A stretch of 64,000 bases of DNA from Eledone cirrhosa (taxonomy: Eukaryota), in assembly GCA_964016885.1 (NCBI GenBank), contig OZ024742.1:333994001-334058000 (forward strand), in the 5' to 3' direction. The notes beneath the pieces are model-generated. The model saw only the letters and a program-made list of their open reading frames with translations. It did no database searches and was not told the DNA's origin. The position numbers and the translations under genes were made by a program. Positions within the stretch are counted from its first letter, which is position 1, and each line of letters starts with the position of its first letter. Shown here piece after piece: positions 24,586 through 37,792 of this stretch.

Positions 24586-27404
24586 ATCAGAACAACCTGC
24601 CATCCCCTGCACATAATCATAGACTGGAATCAAAGTACAAACTGTTGTCCTTGAATGCACGTAGTCTATGCAATAAGATTCATCTTTTTGACTCCTACGT
24701 TAAAAGTATCAACCCGGACTTCATTACAGTCACGGAAACTTGGGCACATCCCTTACTCTGTGATGGGGTTTTCAGCATGACTGGCTACAACCTGTTTCGT
24801 AAAGACCGTATTAATCGTCGTGGTGGTGGTGTAATGGTCTACGTTCGGTCAAATCTGTCGGCAATTCCTTGTGCTGATTTGAACCAATCACAGCAGGAAG
24901 TTTTTTTCTGCGATATACGTATGACCATGTCAACACTGCTACTTGGAGTCGTTTACCGTCCCCCAAATTACCATCAGGACACTCAACTTTGTGATATCCT
25001 CAGAGCTGCTGCCAGGAAGACAGCCACTTATGTTTTCATTGCAGGTGACTTCAATCACCCTGAGATTGACTGGGAGACCTTTCGTTGGCCGCCAAGTGCA
25101 AATGACTTCCTTGAGCTGGTGCTGGACTCGAGTTGGTCCCAGGTGGTCACCTCCCCAACGAGAGGTGACAACACTTTGGACCTACTCTTCACCACTACTC
25201 CTGAAACGGTCATTAGTGTTACTGCTGAGGAACCTTTAGGTGACTCTGATCATGCTATGATCATTGCCAATCTATCCCTCATGGGCAGTAACAAGAACCA
25301 CAACCATCTCCAAACTGCTCACTTTGACTGGAATAAAGCAGACTGGAACTGTTACTGCACCGAGTTGCAACGGCCAAACTGGCTTGAGTTCTATGACTCT
25401 GGAGATGTCAACACTGTACTCCAGAACATCCTGAGCTCAATATGGACAGCATGTGCAGCATCGGTGCCACGTAAGCGGAAAAAACATCCTAAAAGCGCAA
25501 TTTGGGAGACTGCAGCAGTCCGTCTTGCCAGAAAAGAACGGCGCAATGCTGAACGTGAGTACAAACTTCACAAATCAGACATTAATAGGAAGAGGCGAAA
25601 TAGATCGTCCAACCACCTCAAACAGGTGACAAAAAAGGCAGTGCTTCAATTTGAGCAGCGCAAAGCAACCAGCCCTGACAGTAAGGTGTTCTGGAAGTAT
25701 GTTCACTCAAAGCAGAGGCCTCACTCTCCAGTTGGTCCTCTTCGCAATCCCCACACAAGCCAGGTTACTGACGACCCCAAGGAATGCGCAGAGCTCATTG
25801 CTGAATGCTATGCAGGCATTTTCACCATTGAAGACCAGAGTGTACCATCTCCACCACCTATGACACCGGACTCTATTACAACCATGGAATTTACACCTGC
25901 AATGCTGCGACGTCACCTAAAAAATAAACGCAACCATGCCTCTCCTGGTCTTGATGGTGTTACGTACCTGCTTCTTAAAAGTGGTGGGTACTTCCTTCTA
26001 CACCAGTTATCACGCTTCTTCCAATTCTGTCTGAACAACAGTGCTACTCCAGAACAGTGGAAAACTGCCAGTGTAATTCCTCTGTTCAAAAAGGGTGACC
26101 GCACATCACCTGTGAACTATCGTCCAGTCAGTCTTACTAGTTGCATCGCCAAACTGATGGAATCCTGTGTCAGAGAAACACTTTGGAACTTCTGGAGCTC
26201 TCACAGTCTTATCCGGCCCTCGCAATTTGGATTTATCCCCAACTCCAGCTGCTGTGATCAACTTATAGAGTTTCTTGAGGACATCACCCGGATCACTGAT
26301 GGCGGCTCATGGGTGGATGTTGTTTACCTTGACTTTGCGAAGGCCTTCAATTCTGTGCCGCACAAAAGGCTTATGGCAAAACTCTCTGCAATGGGTGTGA
26401 AGGGTGATCTTTTTAACTGGTTGAAGTCCTTCATTCTCAGTCGAAGAGAGGTAGTCACGGTTCTGGGACAGCACTCCTCACCATATGAGATGTCATCTGG
26501 TGTACCTCAGGGATCTGTTCTTGGCCCCCTTTTGTTTGTGGCATATATTAATGACATAGATGCCAACTTAAGGAATGCCACAGTACTAAAGTACGCAGAC
26601 GACATCAAGCTGTACCTTGAGATAAAAAGGACAGATCCTGAACACTATAGATCTTGCTTGCAGTCTGACCTGGACACAATGCAACAGTGGATCTCAGACT
26701 GGCAACTCAAGCTAGCTGTGGACAAGTGCACCACCATGCATTTTGGGAGTAAAAACCCAGCGTCTACATACTCCCTCCACAGCACTAATATCAAGAAGTC
26801 TTCCTGTGAACGTGACCTGGGCATTACGGTCAGCAGCGATTTGCGTTGGACGAGGCACGTCTCTAAAATTGTCAAGAGGGCCGAGGGTGTATTAGCATCA
26901 CTCAGCAAGACCTTTGTCAGCCGCTCTCCAGATATCTATTTAAGGCTGTATACAGGAATGGTGCGACCACACTTAGAATTTGCATCACCAGTCTGGAACC
27001 CCTATCTTGCTCAGGACATTGACCGCCTGGAAACTGTTCAGAGACGTGCAACCAAGCGAATACCCTCCATCAGGCATCTACCATACTCTGAGCGCCTTGC
27101 TTCCCTGGGCATGGATTCATTGAAGCTCCGACGCCTGGCAACTGACTTGGTAAACACCCACAAAATTGTTAACCATGTTGCCAACAACAACCCTGAGTGC
27201 CTTTTCGATTTCCATGTGTCTAACACACGTGGACATGCCCACAAAGTAAGAAAACAGCACAGTTCCCATGACTTTCGGAAACATTTTTTCACGCTCAGAG
27301 TTGCTGAAGCATGGAACAAACTACCTGCATCAGTTGTTAGCTGTCGAGACACTGCATCCTTTAAGGCCACCATGCTTCCCGAGATCCGCCAACACTACAG
27401 CTAA
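24567..27404 (+). CDS. CR1 ORF2: APE endonuclease plus reverse transcriptase (stop-to-stop frame, no AUG before the EN motifs)
   Basis: LNARSL, VTETW, GDFNHP, LDL, SDH; NYRPVSLTS, DFAKAF, GVPQGSVLGP, YADD; CR1 C-terminus TRGH..FFTLRVAEAWNKLP. Confidence 0.96.
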   Translation, partial: KNSGKLNQNNLPSPAHNHRLESKYKLLSLNARSLCNKIHLFDSYVKSINPDFITVTETWAHPLLCDGVFSMTGYNLFRKDRINRRGGGVMVYVRSNLSAIPCADLNQSQQEVFFCDIRMTMSTLLLGVVYRPPNYHQDTQLCDILRAAARKTATYVFIAGDFNHPEIDWETFRWPPSANDFLELVLDSSWSQVVTSPTRGDNTLDLLFTTTPETVISVTAEEPLGDSDHAMIIANLSLMGSNKNHNHLQTAHFDWNKADWNCYCTELQRPNWLEFYDSGDVNTVLQNILSSIWTACAASVPRKRKKHPKSAIWETAAVRLARKERRNAEREYKLHKSDINRKRRNRSSNHLKQVTKKAVLQFEQRKATSPDSKVFWKYVHSKQRPHSPVGPLRNPHTSQVTDDPKECAELIAECYAGIFTIEDQSVPSPPPMTPDSITTMEFTPAMLRRHLKNKRNHASPGLDGVTYLLLKSGGYFLLHQLSRFFQFCLNNSATPEQWKTASVIPLFKKGDRTSPVNYRPVSLTSCIAKLMESCVRETLWNFWSSHSLIRPSQFGFIPNSSCCDQLIEFLEDITRITDGGSWVDVVYLDFAKAFNSVPHKRLMAKLSAMGVKGDLFNWLKSFILSRREVVTVLGQHSSPYEMSSGVPQGSVLGPLLFVAYINDIDANLRNATVLKYADDIKLYLEIKRTDPEHYRSCLQSDLDTMQQWISDWQLKLAVDKCTTMHFGSKNPASTYSLHSTNIKKSSCERDLGITVSSDLRWTRHVSKIVKRAEGVLASLSKTFVSRSPDIYLRLYTGMVRPHLEFASPVWNPYLAQDIDRLETVQRRATKRIPSIRHLPYSERLASLGMDSLKLRRLATDLVNTHKIVNHVANNNPECLFDFHVSNTRGHAHKVRKQHSSHDFRKHFFTLRVAEAWNKLPASVVSCRDTASFKATMLPEIRQHYS

Positions 27405-27630
27405 CACATACAAACATGTACTTCCCTGGCATTTGTGTATTATTCTATGTACTATATTGACGAGTTGTAGTGCACCTGAGCACTTTACACAATAATTTCA
27501 TTATTATATAAATCTTTTCGGGTAATTTCTCTCTCAGGACGCGTAGGGATACATCCTCTTCTAGTGGCGCTGATTGGCTGAGCCAAATCACGCACAGAGA
27601 ATGTATGTGAGCCCGCGGAATGTAGGTCAC

Positions 27631-27880
27631 TACAATATTAATAAATGGAAACTACATTTATAAAACCATATTTATTCTATTATATATATTTCAAGGGTAC
27701 CAAAATGTGTATATATATAAGCAAGCTTGAACCGTTAAGGTCTCCTTCCTGAATATGTCAATATTTATAAAACAAACTTTGTATTTTATCTGATGAGAGC
27801 TTACCAAATGTTGGTACCCTTGAAATATATACAATAGAATAAATATGGTTTTATAAATGTAGTTTCCATTTATTAATATC
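27631..27880. mobile_element. Fold-back PLE pseudo-LTR fragment (family shared with 40.6-41.1 kb and 51.3-53.5 kb)
   Basis: Arms about 27633-27705 / 27808-27879; shared tail aataaatatggttttataaatgtagtttccatt. Confidence 0.75.
27782..27841 (+). ncRNA. Type I hammerhead ribozyme, probably inactivated (U16.1 to C)
   Basis: tattttat-CTGATGA-gagcttaccaa atg ttggtaccctt-GAAA-tatata-CA-atagaata; the mirror arm retains TA at this position. Confidence 0.65.
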
Positions 27881-27991
27881 ATTGATATATATATGTTTTG
27901 GTATGTTTATATACATTCTTTTTCTAACTTTGATTTTATACCTAATTATGTATGGTTGACGATATATTTAATCGATTTGTATATATGTATG

Positions 27992-28103
<112 letters not shown>

Positions 28104-28133
28104 ATATATATATAACATATATATATATATAAC

Positions 28134-28169
<36 letters not shown>

Positions 28170-28229
28170 GCAACTGTTGTCAACATGAATGGCCCGTTAT
28201 TATTATCTAAAGACATTGAGTTACAGCTC

Positions 28230-28357
28230 TTGCCATTCTGAGTTCAAATCCCACCGAGGTTAACTTTGCCTTTCATCCTTACGTGGTCGATAAAATAAAG
28301 TACCAGTAATGTACTGGTTATTTGCTGGCCTTCTGCCAAAAAGTAGAAACAATTATT
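28230..28357 (+). mobile_element. 5'-truncated OK/OR-like SINE
   Basis: Matches 29078-29200. Confidence 0.8.
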
Positions 28358-28528
28358 GTCTAAAGATATTTTTTTCCAATTCTAACTCACCCGTCGCTTC
28401 AATCTATCTTATTTGTCATTTTCTCTAGCGTCCGAAACTTTAAGACCCTCTTCCTGCTATTTCACTCGTTAACTTAATATATTCCTTCCATATACTGTAC
28501 CGATTATGTTGTTATTTCTGTTTACCTA

Positions 28529-28639
<111 letters not shown>

Positions 28640-28640
28640 A

Positions 28641-28890
28641 GGCGCATGGCTTAGTGGTTAAAGCATTGGGCTTGCAATCGAAAGGTTGTGAGTTCAAATC
28701 TCGGACCGGGTGATGTGTTGTTTCCTTGAGCAAGACACTTTATTTCACGTTGCCCCAGTTTACTCAGCTGTAGAAATGAGTACCGGCCTGCCTGCCCAGC
28801 CTGTGGCATGGCGTTATTTATAGCTAAAACAGCTGTGACCAGCGGCGCCGATTGGCGCCCGGAGACTGGTCGGTCAAGGTGAACAAGGTG
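28641..28890 (+). mobile_element. tRNA-derived SINE with conserved middle domain
   Basis: A box TGGCTTAGTGG 28647-28657, B box GTTCAAATC 28692-28700, then ccttgagcaagacactt...cagtttactcagctg body; flanked by (TA)n. Confidence 0.85.
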
Positions 28891-29010
28891 ATATATATAT
28901 ATATATATATATTAGCAGAGAAGGATGGACAGAGAAATGAACTCTCTTCTCTATATGAACATGTATGGGAAAATAAATTTTTCTTCCGGTTTTATTTTTA
29001 TTATTATTAC

Positions 29011-29203
29011 GGTGGATTGGCAGTATCGGTAGAGGATCGGACACCATGCTTTCCAGCATAGTTACGTCCCTTTGCGGTCTGAGTTCAAATCCCGCCGAGG
29101 TTAACTTTGCCTTTCATCCTTACGGGGTCGATAAAATAAAGTACCAGTAATGTACTGGGTAATTGATGGCCTTGTGCCAAAAGTAGAAACAATTATTATT
29201 ATT
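29011..29203 (+). mobile_element. Full OK/OR-like tRNA-derived SINE with (TTA)n tail
   Basis: A box tggcagtatcgg, B box gagttcaaatcc, tail ggccttgtgccaaaagtagaaacaattattatt. Confidence 0.85.
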
Positions 29204-30034
29204 ATCACTATTTGAACAAATATGCAACTTAACAACTTTCTGCATATCCGCAATTGACAATGTATATAATGCTGAAAGCGGTATTGTAAATAAATTAATC
29301 TTTTGATATTAAACTGAAAAAAACTGTTCAACATTTTCTACTGAAAAAATCTTTTTCCTTTCTACTATTTTATATATATATGTATATATATATATATATA
29401 TATAGGCTCAAACACATGTATATTTGGGTGTGTGAAAAAGTGTTTTACGACGTAATACCTAATTAAATAACTTATAACAATTTCGTTGGATTGAATACTG
29501 TAGATCAAACCCGGTAAATCCGCACCATTCGAACATATTCCAGCCTGTGTCCTGGGAATAATAATATTGTCTTATCAAAGTGAATATCCCCTTGCGTCAA
29601 AAGTTTTACCAACAAGTTACATATTTCTAAACAAGTTGAAACACGCCTCTGTTAATTAATTACAGAAATTACATATGTGATATTTTAGAGATGAGCCATA
29701 AAAGGCTGAGCAGTTAAGTTACAACGAGTCATCCGTGAAAACGGATATGGTATTTGATAAACCATTCAAAAGCCAAATGCTAAAAATAATAAAATATGTA
29801 TCTTATCTCTAGGAAATTTACAGGATCATAAACCCTGAACATATATAGCCAAATCACAAACTGTAAGATATTTTATCCGACGATCTAACGGTTCTATCAA
29901 TTCACCACCATGTGTAATAATAATGATTTCTCATTTAAGCTCAGGGCCATTAATTCTAAGGAAAGTAAAGGTCGATAATGTCGACCTAGGTGCTCAATAA
30001 GGTACAATACGAAATGAAAGGTAGAGTGGTGGCT

Positions 30035-30803
30035 TACAATAAAGTCGAGTTAAAACAAATTACCAATAAAAATATAACAAAATATATTCCCCACTAGGAG
30101 GGATAACCACCCAAGGGCGACTCAGGTATCACACCAATACTAAACCACCCGATGCTGCTAGGGCACCCGGGAAGGACACACCTCGCCTCTTCAAATCAAC
30201 CAGACTACATGCGCATGCTTAGAGTAGGCCCATTCAAACGGGCTATTCTTAATATTTTCAACCATTCTTTATTGAATATACTGGGTAACAGCACTTCTCT
30301 CTCCACCCTCACCATACTTTCCAAATAAAATTTGAAAAAGTCGATGAGGCAATGACCGAAGAGAGAAATGTCTATCTTCAGTCTTTTCAACCTGGTCCAC
30401 CAGACAGATTCTTTCCTTACGGCCACCAGAAAAAAAAATGCCTGCCCTTCCAGGCCAAACGAAAGCAGTGGGTCGATCTTCACTGTTGACTCGATCGATA
30501 ACCGGATTTGTCCTACACGCGACAACAGCTGTTCGACATAATTTCACAAGTCAGTTAACGTACGGACACTGGACAAGTGCGTGCACAATACTTTGCACGC
30601 ATCTCCAGCAGGTCCATCTGACAGAAATTATTTGCTTGTACAGTTTATCTGGAACCGGCAGTGCTTCCGGGTACCATTGCCAAGCGATGAGTTTCTGGTA
30701 GTTATCTATAGTCCCCTGTCGAATGTCCTCCGGAACAGCCTGTTCAGTTTAACTTCGTCTACGCCCAGAGCTTCTCCAAGTGCATCGTCGCACATGCCCA
30801 CCA
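30035..30803 (-). pseudogene. Degenerate Tx1 3' fragment
   Basis: ORF 30205-30525 (-) RIRLSIESTVKIDP...WWTRLKRLK...LIDFFKF...RLNGPTL matches the Tx1 ORF2 C-terminus. Confidence 0.88.
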
Positions 30804-31124
30804 CAATTGATAGTGCCGTTTAACTCTCTTGCCTTCCCCGAATAACTCACTGGAATCCCTGGATACTCATTCTCAACATGCATAAGGATAGTCTTTAAGC
30901 TGGAGACACTGCAATCAATGAACGACTACCAATCGAAATGAACACTAGATTCGGCAGGATAGGCTAGCACGTCATGAATGGAGACCAGGGAATACAACAT
31001 TTGAATGCTATTAGTTTCCTCTGAACTAACTGCGTTACCACCACTACATGTGAAACTTGGAATTTCCAAATATATATTTTGTGAAATAGTTGGACCCTGT
31101 GGGGCAACCAATCAAGTTGCTACT

Positions 31125-31832
31125 TAAAGATATCTCCTCGATTAAGTGAGTTAAAGCTTAATGAAGGTGTGTTCGTGGGATCAGACACCTGCAAATTGAT
31201 AAAGAATCAGATGTTCAACAATATATTGAAAGAAGTTGACCGACGTAATTATGATTTTGTGTCAAGAACAGTTGGAAACTTTCTATAAAATAACCAAAGC
31301 CCGAATTAAAAGGTAATAAAAGCTGACCATGTGGATTCATTTGATACACAGGGTGTCAAAATGTCCTTTAAGATTCACTTTTCAAAAAGAGCTACTCGGA
31401 TTTCTTACCTTACAACTTAGGCAGATCACGGAGGAGCATGGTGAAACATTTCATCGTGATCACAACTGTTGAAATAAGGTACCCAAGGTGAGCCAATCCC
31501 GGCATGATAGGAGACTTTTACTGGTTTCACTCTTCTTGAACTCCATACTATTTATCTTGTCGGTGAAATCAATTTTGTAACTTGATGTGGTAATTTTCTT
31601 CAAAGTGCATATTGTTATATTAACACTGATTAATTATAGTTTAGTGCATTAATAAATTATATTCAATGTTCACATGGTTAGACATGTTTTTCTGTAAATT
31701 ACTCCATGTGGGATATCTTGTAACTAAAAATATTGGTGTGATGGAGCAAAACGGATTTCATATGCATAAAGTGCACCTTCAAATTAACTAATCTAAATTC
31801 ATGTGTGGTAAAAGAATTACTGTCATGCAATA
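31125..31832 (+). mobile_element. Relic of a Chapaev3 (CMC)-type DNA transposon 3' half
   Basis: Frameshifted translation PRLSELKLNEGVFVG.. and GVKMSFKIHF...EEHGETFHRD...RY..MIGDFYW resembles the KEGIFVG / MSLKIHFL / DEHGERFHQD / DYCW motifs. Confidence 0.7.
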
Positions 31833-33141
31833 TAATTGAAGAAGAAATTATTAATAATAATATAACTTACTGCTGTAAGTATAGGGCTGGCAGTTTGAAG
31901 GAGGAATACTAATTAAATATGTGCATTTATAGTGTATCTATATATATGTATTGTTAATTATCTTAAGATACTTCGATGTATAATAAACTCAATCAACTTC
32001 GACCTATTCAAAACTGAATCTAAATGATATATTTTTATATAGTGTATGTCATTCTGTCTGAAGCAACTTATTCTGTTACCTCTCATAACTATATATTTTA
32101 TTCATAATTCTTTCAAATTTAATAGTTTAGGGGTAAGAGTAACTCGATTATATCGTCACAATGACATAATTTTATCGACTCTGCATGGATGAAAGCAAAC
32201 GTGGACCATGTGGGGATTTAATTACGGAATAGAAACAACTGAAACAGATGCTACACTATATTTTGTCCGACATTCTGATGTCTCTGCGAATCTACCACCT
32301 TTATATTTATAGTAATAATCATTATAACGAAGGATAACCAAATAGAATTGTTCAAGCGGAGCCACAAATATAGAAATAAAAATGCAAGCACAGTATATTT
32401 ATACGAAATTAATTAACACATTTCAAATAGACGAAATTCAGATGAATCCGGGCTATTAAGGAATTGTTAAAGAATATTTCCTATTGGCTACAGCTATTGG
32501 AAACATATGAATGAGTCATGCGAACTAACATGCGATCTAAAATGCATCTGCTAAAAATCAAAAATTATGTCGGACCAATGTTGATGCTATATTCTTGTCG
32601 AAATTCCTGGCAGAATCGGCACTGATTTTCAGGCTGACAAGTGGTGGAATGCGAACTCAGAACGCACTGTCGGACAGCCACGCCTCCTCAAAGATTATGC
32701 CCCAAATTTCCCGTATATATTACAATGACATCTCAAAAAAAGAACGCTTACAAAGGGATAATATCATAGTAGATATACTTCATCTGAAAAAATGTAGATA
32801 AAAAAACACAGAAAAATGTGATGGACACTTGTGAAATGACATTTAATAATTGGTTTGATAGTTCAAAGCTGATCTGAGGTTAAAGAATAGGAGCATCAAG
32901 AAATACTACAGGCGTAACAAAAGCACTAAAGAGTAAATTATATCGTTGATAAAGCTATCGTGTAGAGTAGAGATACTAGCCACGGGTGTTATTGCTTTTC
33001 AACTTTTATATAGTCGATAAATAAATTTTATAACACAATACTATCCTAACTTTTATTCAATACATCAATTTCACAAACACCATTTGGTTCAAAGAATCAT
33101 AGAATTCCTTTAAAGTTTTCTGGCTATATAAATATATATAT

Positions 33142-33238
<97 letters not shown>

Positions 33239-33483
33239 CGCCCCTTTAATATTGATGATTGTTGCAAAGTACCTTTATATCAATAACTCACAGATCATGA
33301 TCTGATAAGGAATTGCTTATATATATGTGAGCAAATAATCACAATACAGTGATGTTTGTGTTATTTTATGTATATTGGTGTGTGTACAAATATATATATG
33401 CATATATATATATATAGGGAGAGAGAGAGAGGGAGAGAGAGAGAGAAAGAGAGAGAGAGAGACAGAGAAAGAAATGTATATAT

Positions 33484-33517
<34 letters not shown>

Positions 33518-33613
33518 CTAAATATATATATATCTATATATATATAAATATATATATATCTATATATATATAAATATCTCTATGTATATATATATATAGA
33601 AATGTATATATAC

Positions 33614-33680
<67 letters not shown>

Positions 33681-34401
33681 CGTGTGCGTGCATGTGCGTG
33701 CGTATGTGTGTGTGTGAGGAAGGTGTCGGTGATGGTTGCTGAGTTTATAGCATCGGTAGTGTTAGTGATGTTAGTGATGTTGATGCTTCTGATGCGGATG
33801 AGTTGGAAGAATAGTAATACTAACACCGTGGAGATATAAATTAAACACTCGAACGCACACACTCATACATATGTGTGTGTACATGTAAGTGTGTGTGTGA
33901 GAGAGAGAGAGGGAGTGGGATTGTGTCTGAGTACATTCTTAGCAAGTGTAATATAGCACAAGGGTGTCTGTTGTAGTGTTGATAGGTATAAAACGATGTA
34001 TCTGAAATGGTGTAACGAATAATAAAGAACAAAATAAAACATACTTGAAACCACTAATTGAAAACGATTTCCGTTGAGTGAACCATCAATACATCGTTCT
34101 CATAGCAGCAGCCGAACTATAGATGTTCTGAGCAAAAGACCAATAAAATCCTATAGGATTTGGGTAGGGGGGATGTCAAGAGAGTTCTACCTGTTTACTA
34201 CCAATTACTAAATAATATATACAAATTGAATGATTGTTGCCTGTAATCAATGGACGCTTCACTTATTTCCATTTGGTCTCTAGAAATGACTTTATAAATT
34301 ATATATATAGGAAAAGTATTGAAATATTTATATATATTCACTTACACACAGACACACACACACACATACACACACACACATATATATATATATTATATGT
34401 A

Positions 34402-34470
<69 letters not shown>

Positions 34471-34535
34471 TTTAATTTTAAATCTAGTACCGGGTGCGGT
34501 TTGCAAAAGATAAATATATATATATATATATACAT

Positions 34536-34600
<65 letters not shown>

Positions 34601-34630
34601 AAAGAATAGAGGTGTAACACACAAGTTATT

Positions 34631-35123
34631 ATATATTGGTAAACGGAATAGAAAATGCTGGCAAATTGTTCACAGTTGAAAAATGGTTTAATTAAGAATA
34701 AAAGAGTATTAGTGATTGTATGGGTAGTATTCAGTTGTGGTTTTAAGTTTTTAAGTTTTTACCGGTTGCGCATTTCTAAATGCTTTTCAAAAATAATTTT
34801 GAGATAGAGTGTCCGTGCTGTTTGCTCTGATCTGATTAGTTTTGGGAATTCTACCTGTTTTTATGTTAAAAAAGTGGCTCCAGCGATATATTTGTGTTGC
34901 AAAAATTCTTGTGGTCAAAACAATTTTGATTGGTCGGTAGAGGTCATGTGAATGTAAAAAGTTGATTTTGCGGCAAGACTGTTTTTATGTTAAAAAAGTG
35001 GCTCCAGCAAAAATTCTTGGTCAAAACAATTTTGATTGGTCGGTAGAGGTCAAGTGAATAAAAAATTGGTTTTGCGCCAAGATTGAGAAATGACTCTTTC
35101 ACAACAAATATGTGTTTGTGTGT

Positions 35124-35165
<42 letters not shown>

Positions 35166-35264
35166 TTGTGTGTGTGTGTGTGTGTGTGTGTGTAGTAGTA
35201 GTAGTAAGGTGTTCGATGCTGCGACAATGGCCAGCAGCGATGTGTGTCAAATGGCTATTAAGAT

Positions 35265-35299
<35 letters not shown>

Positions 35300-35375
35300 G
35301 CAGAGTGATTCGTGGTGGCAGGGATGATCAGTAAGAATGTGTCTGAAAGCAATGGGGGGTAATTTAGCATGTCAA

Positions 35376-35419
<44 letters not shown>

Positions 35420-36287
35420 CAGAGTAATTTGTGGTGGCAGGGATGGTCAGTAAGAATGTGTCTGAAAGCAATGGGGGGTATTTTAGCATGTCAAAAGATA
35501 TTTTTCAGCTTTTGTCTTATACGGAGAAGTGCGTGTGTGTGTGTGTGTGTGTGTATATAAGTCTCTTTGTATGTTGATGTACGCGTGTGTATGTGTTTGT
35601 GTATATATGTGTGTGTGGGGGGGGGGATCCAGTATTTTTTCCCCCTGGTAAAATGGTGTACATTATTCGATTTTTGCAGTAAAATCGGTTCTCTTAATAG
35701 AACATCAAAAATCTTAACAATAAAAGGTGTGAAATGATATTCACTATATATATATACACATACATATATTCACTACATATATATACACACATATACATAT
35801 ATACATATACATGCACACATATTTCTTTGTATTGCACAATAGAACATCAAAAATCTTAACAATAAAAGGTGTGAAATGATATTCACTATATATACATACA
35901 CATACATATATTCACTACATATGTACACATAAAAACAGTCTTGGCGCAAAATCAACTTTTTACATTCACATGACCTCTACCGACCAATCAAAATTGTTTT
36001 GACCACAAGAATTTTTGCAACACAATAATAACGCTGGAGCCACTTTTTTAACATAAAAACAGGTAGAATTCCCAAAACTAATCAGATCAGAGCAAACAGC
36101 ACGGACACTCTATCTCAAAATTATTTTTGAAAAGCATTTAGAAATGCGCAACCGGTAAAATCTTAAAAAGTTAAAACCACAACTGAATACTAACCCATAC
36201 AATCACTAATACTCTTTTATTCCTAATTAAACCATTTTTCAACTGTGAACAATTTGTCAGCATTTTCTATTCCGTTTACCAATATAT
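34631..36287. repeat. Long inverted repeat (34631-34990 / 35927-36287) enclosing several direct duplications
   Basis: About 360 bp arms match as reverse complements with few mismatches; flanked by TA-rich sequence. Confidence 0.9.
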
Positions 36288-37759
36288 ATATATATATATA
36301 TTTATTAAAATAACAGATTATATATATATATGTATATATAGTTGTGTATAGTGGTGGCTATGGTGCTTCCATAGGCGGTGCACCCGGACCTGTGCACTAA
36401 ACGTTTAGAACAGCACACCCCAGACACGGTGCCATGCCCCATGGTAACCGTGGCGGGCGTCACATTGAATGTGTACACCGTCAATCGTGACTATATACTC
36501 TACACCTGTTCCACCTTGGAACAGTGATTGTTAATATTGTTATATCATTGTTCTGTTACTGTTACCTGTTCTATACACGGACACAAGCTTGCATCTCATA
36601 ATACCTGTGTGTAGATATGTCGCATGGACACACGCACCTTCTAAAACCCGTTTTTTTTTGTTTTATTTTATTTGTTATTTTTTTTTTTTTTTTTTTTAAC
36701 CCGTTCCTTTATTTTGCAAATTCTTTTCCTGTACCTATTTATGCAGTTACATACAGATTTAATGTACCCTAAAATATATATTGTAAATTTATTTATGTAT
36801 TTTATTTTATTATCATATTGTGTTCACGAGTTTTTATGTATGGACATGTGTGTGGGTATATGTGCGTGTGTGAATGTGTGTAGATGCGTATGTATGTATA
36901 TATATATGCGTGGGTGGGTGTTGGGGTGTGTGTATGAACATGGGTGCCTGGGTGCAGGAGCTTATACGCGCCTGTATGTGCAGACATGAGCATATATATA
37001 TATATGTGGCGGAACGTGGGTGTATGTGTGTGTGGGTGTGTGTATATGTGTGTCTATATATGAGCATATAAATATATATATATATATGTCTATATGTGTA
37101 TGTGTGAGTATGTACGTATAGCCACGTATGAGTAGGTGTTTGTGTGTGCGGGTGGGTAAGTGTACGTATATATATGTGTATGTGTATGTATGTGGATATG
37201 TATGTAGGTGCAGATGCATGCATTTGCGGGCCTCTATATGTGTGTATATAGGTGCGTATATATATATATGTGTGTATGTATGTATAATAGGGGGAGATAT
37301 ATATATATATATATATCATATTGTATATTATATTACGTTGTATATTTTTTTATGTTATACTGTTTTTATTGCATAATGTATTTTTAAATGTTCACTTACA
37401 GGTGTGTTTATATATGTATATGTGGTGGCACTTCTGTGTGTGTAGGCAGATGTGCGTGCGTGCAGGTGTATACATGTGGCAACATGTATGCGTACGCAGC
37501 ATGTGTAGATGTATGTATATCGGCCTATGAGTGCGTATTTGTATGTATATGTGTGGATATGCGTATGCATTTAAGTTGTCCCATTTTCTTTTGTGTGTAT
37601 ATATGTATATATATATACATATATAAAATATATATATATATATGTGTGTGTGTGTATGTACGTGTGTGGGTAATGTTTATGTGCGTATGTGCTCGTATGT
37701 ATGTGTGGACATGTGTGAGTATACATTTGTGTATATATGTGAGTGTATGTATGTGTGTG

Positions 37760-37792
<33 letters not shown>

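Larger units (their letters stand above)
22600..27507 (+). mobile_element. Full-length CR1-clade LINE (5' boundary approximate)
   Basis: Intact ORF1 and ORF2; short 3' UTR with hairpin agtgc-acctga-gcact and a ttattat tail; internally duplicated putative 5' UTR. Confidence 0.88.

Noticed and set aside
28641-28712. Possible tRNA gene
   Set aside because: A and B boxes are present but the acceptor stem is poor and it runs into a SINE body.
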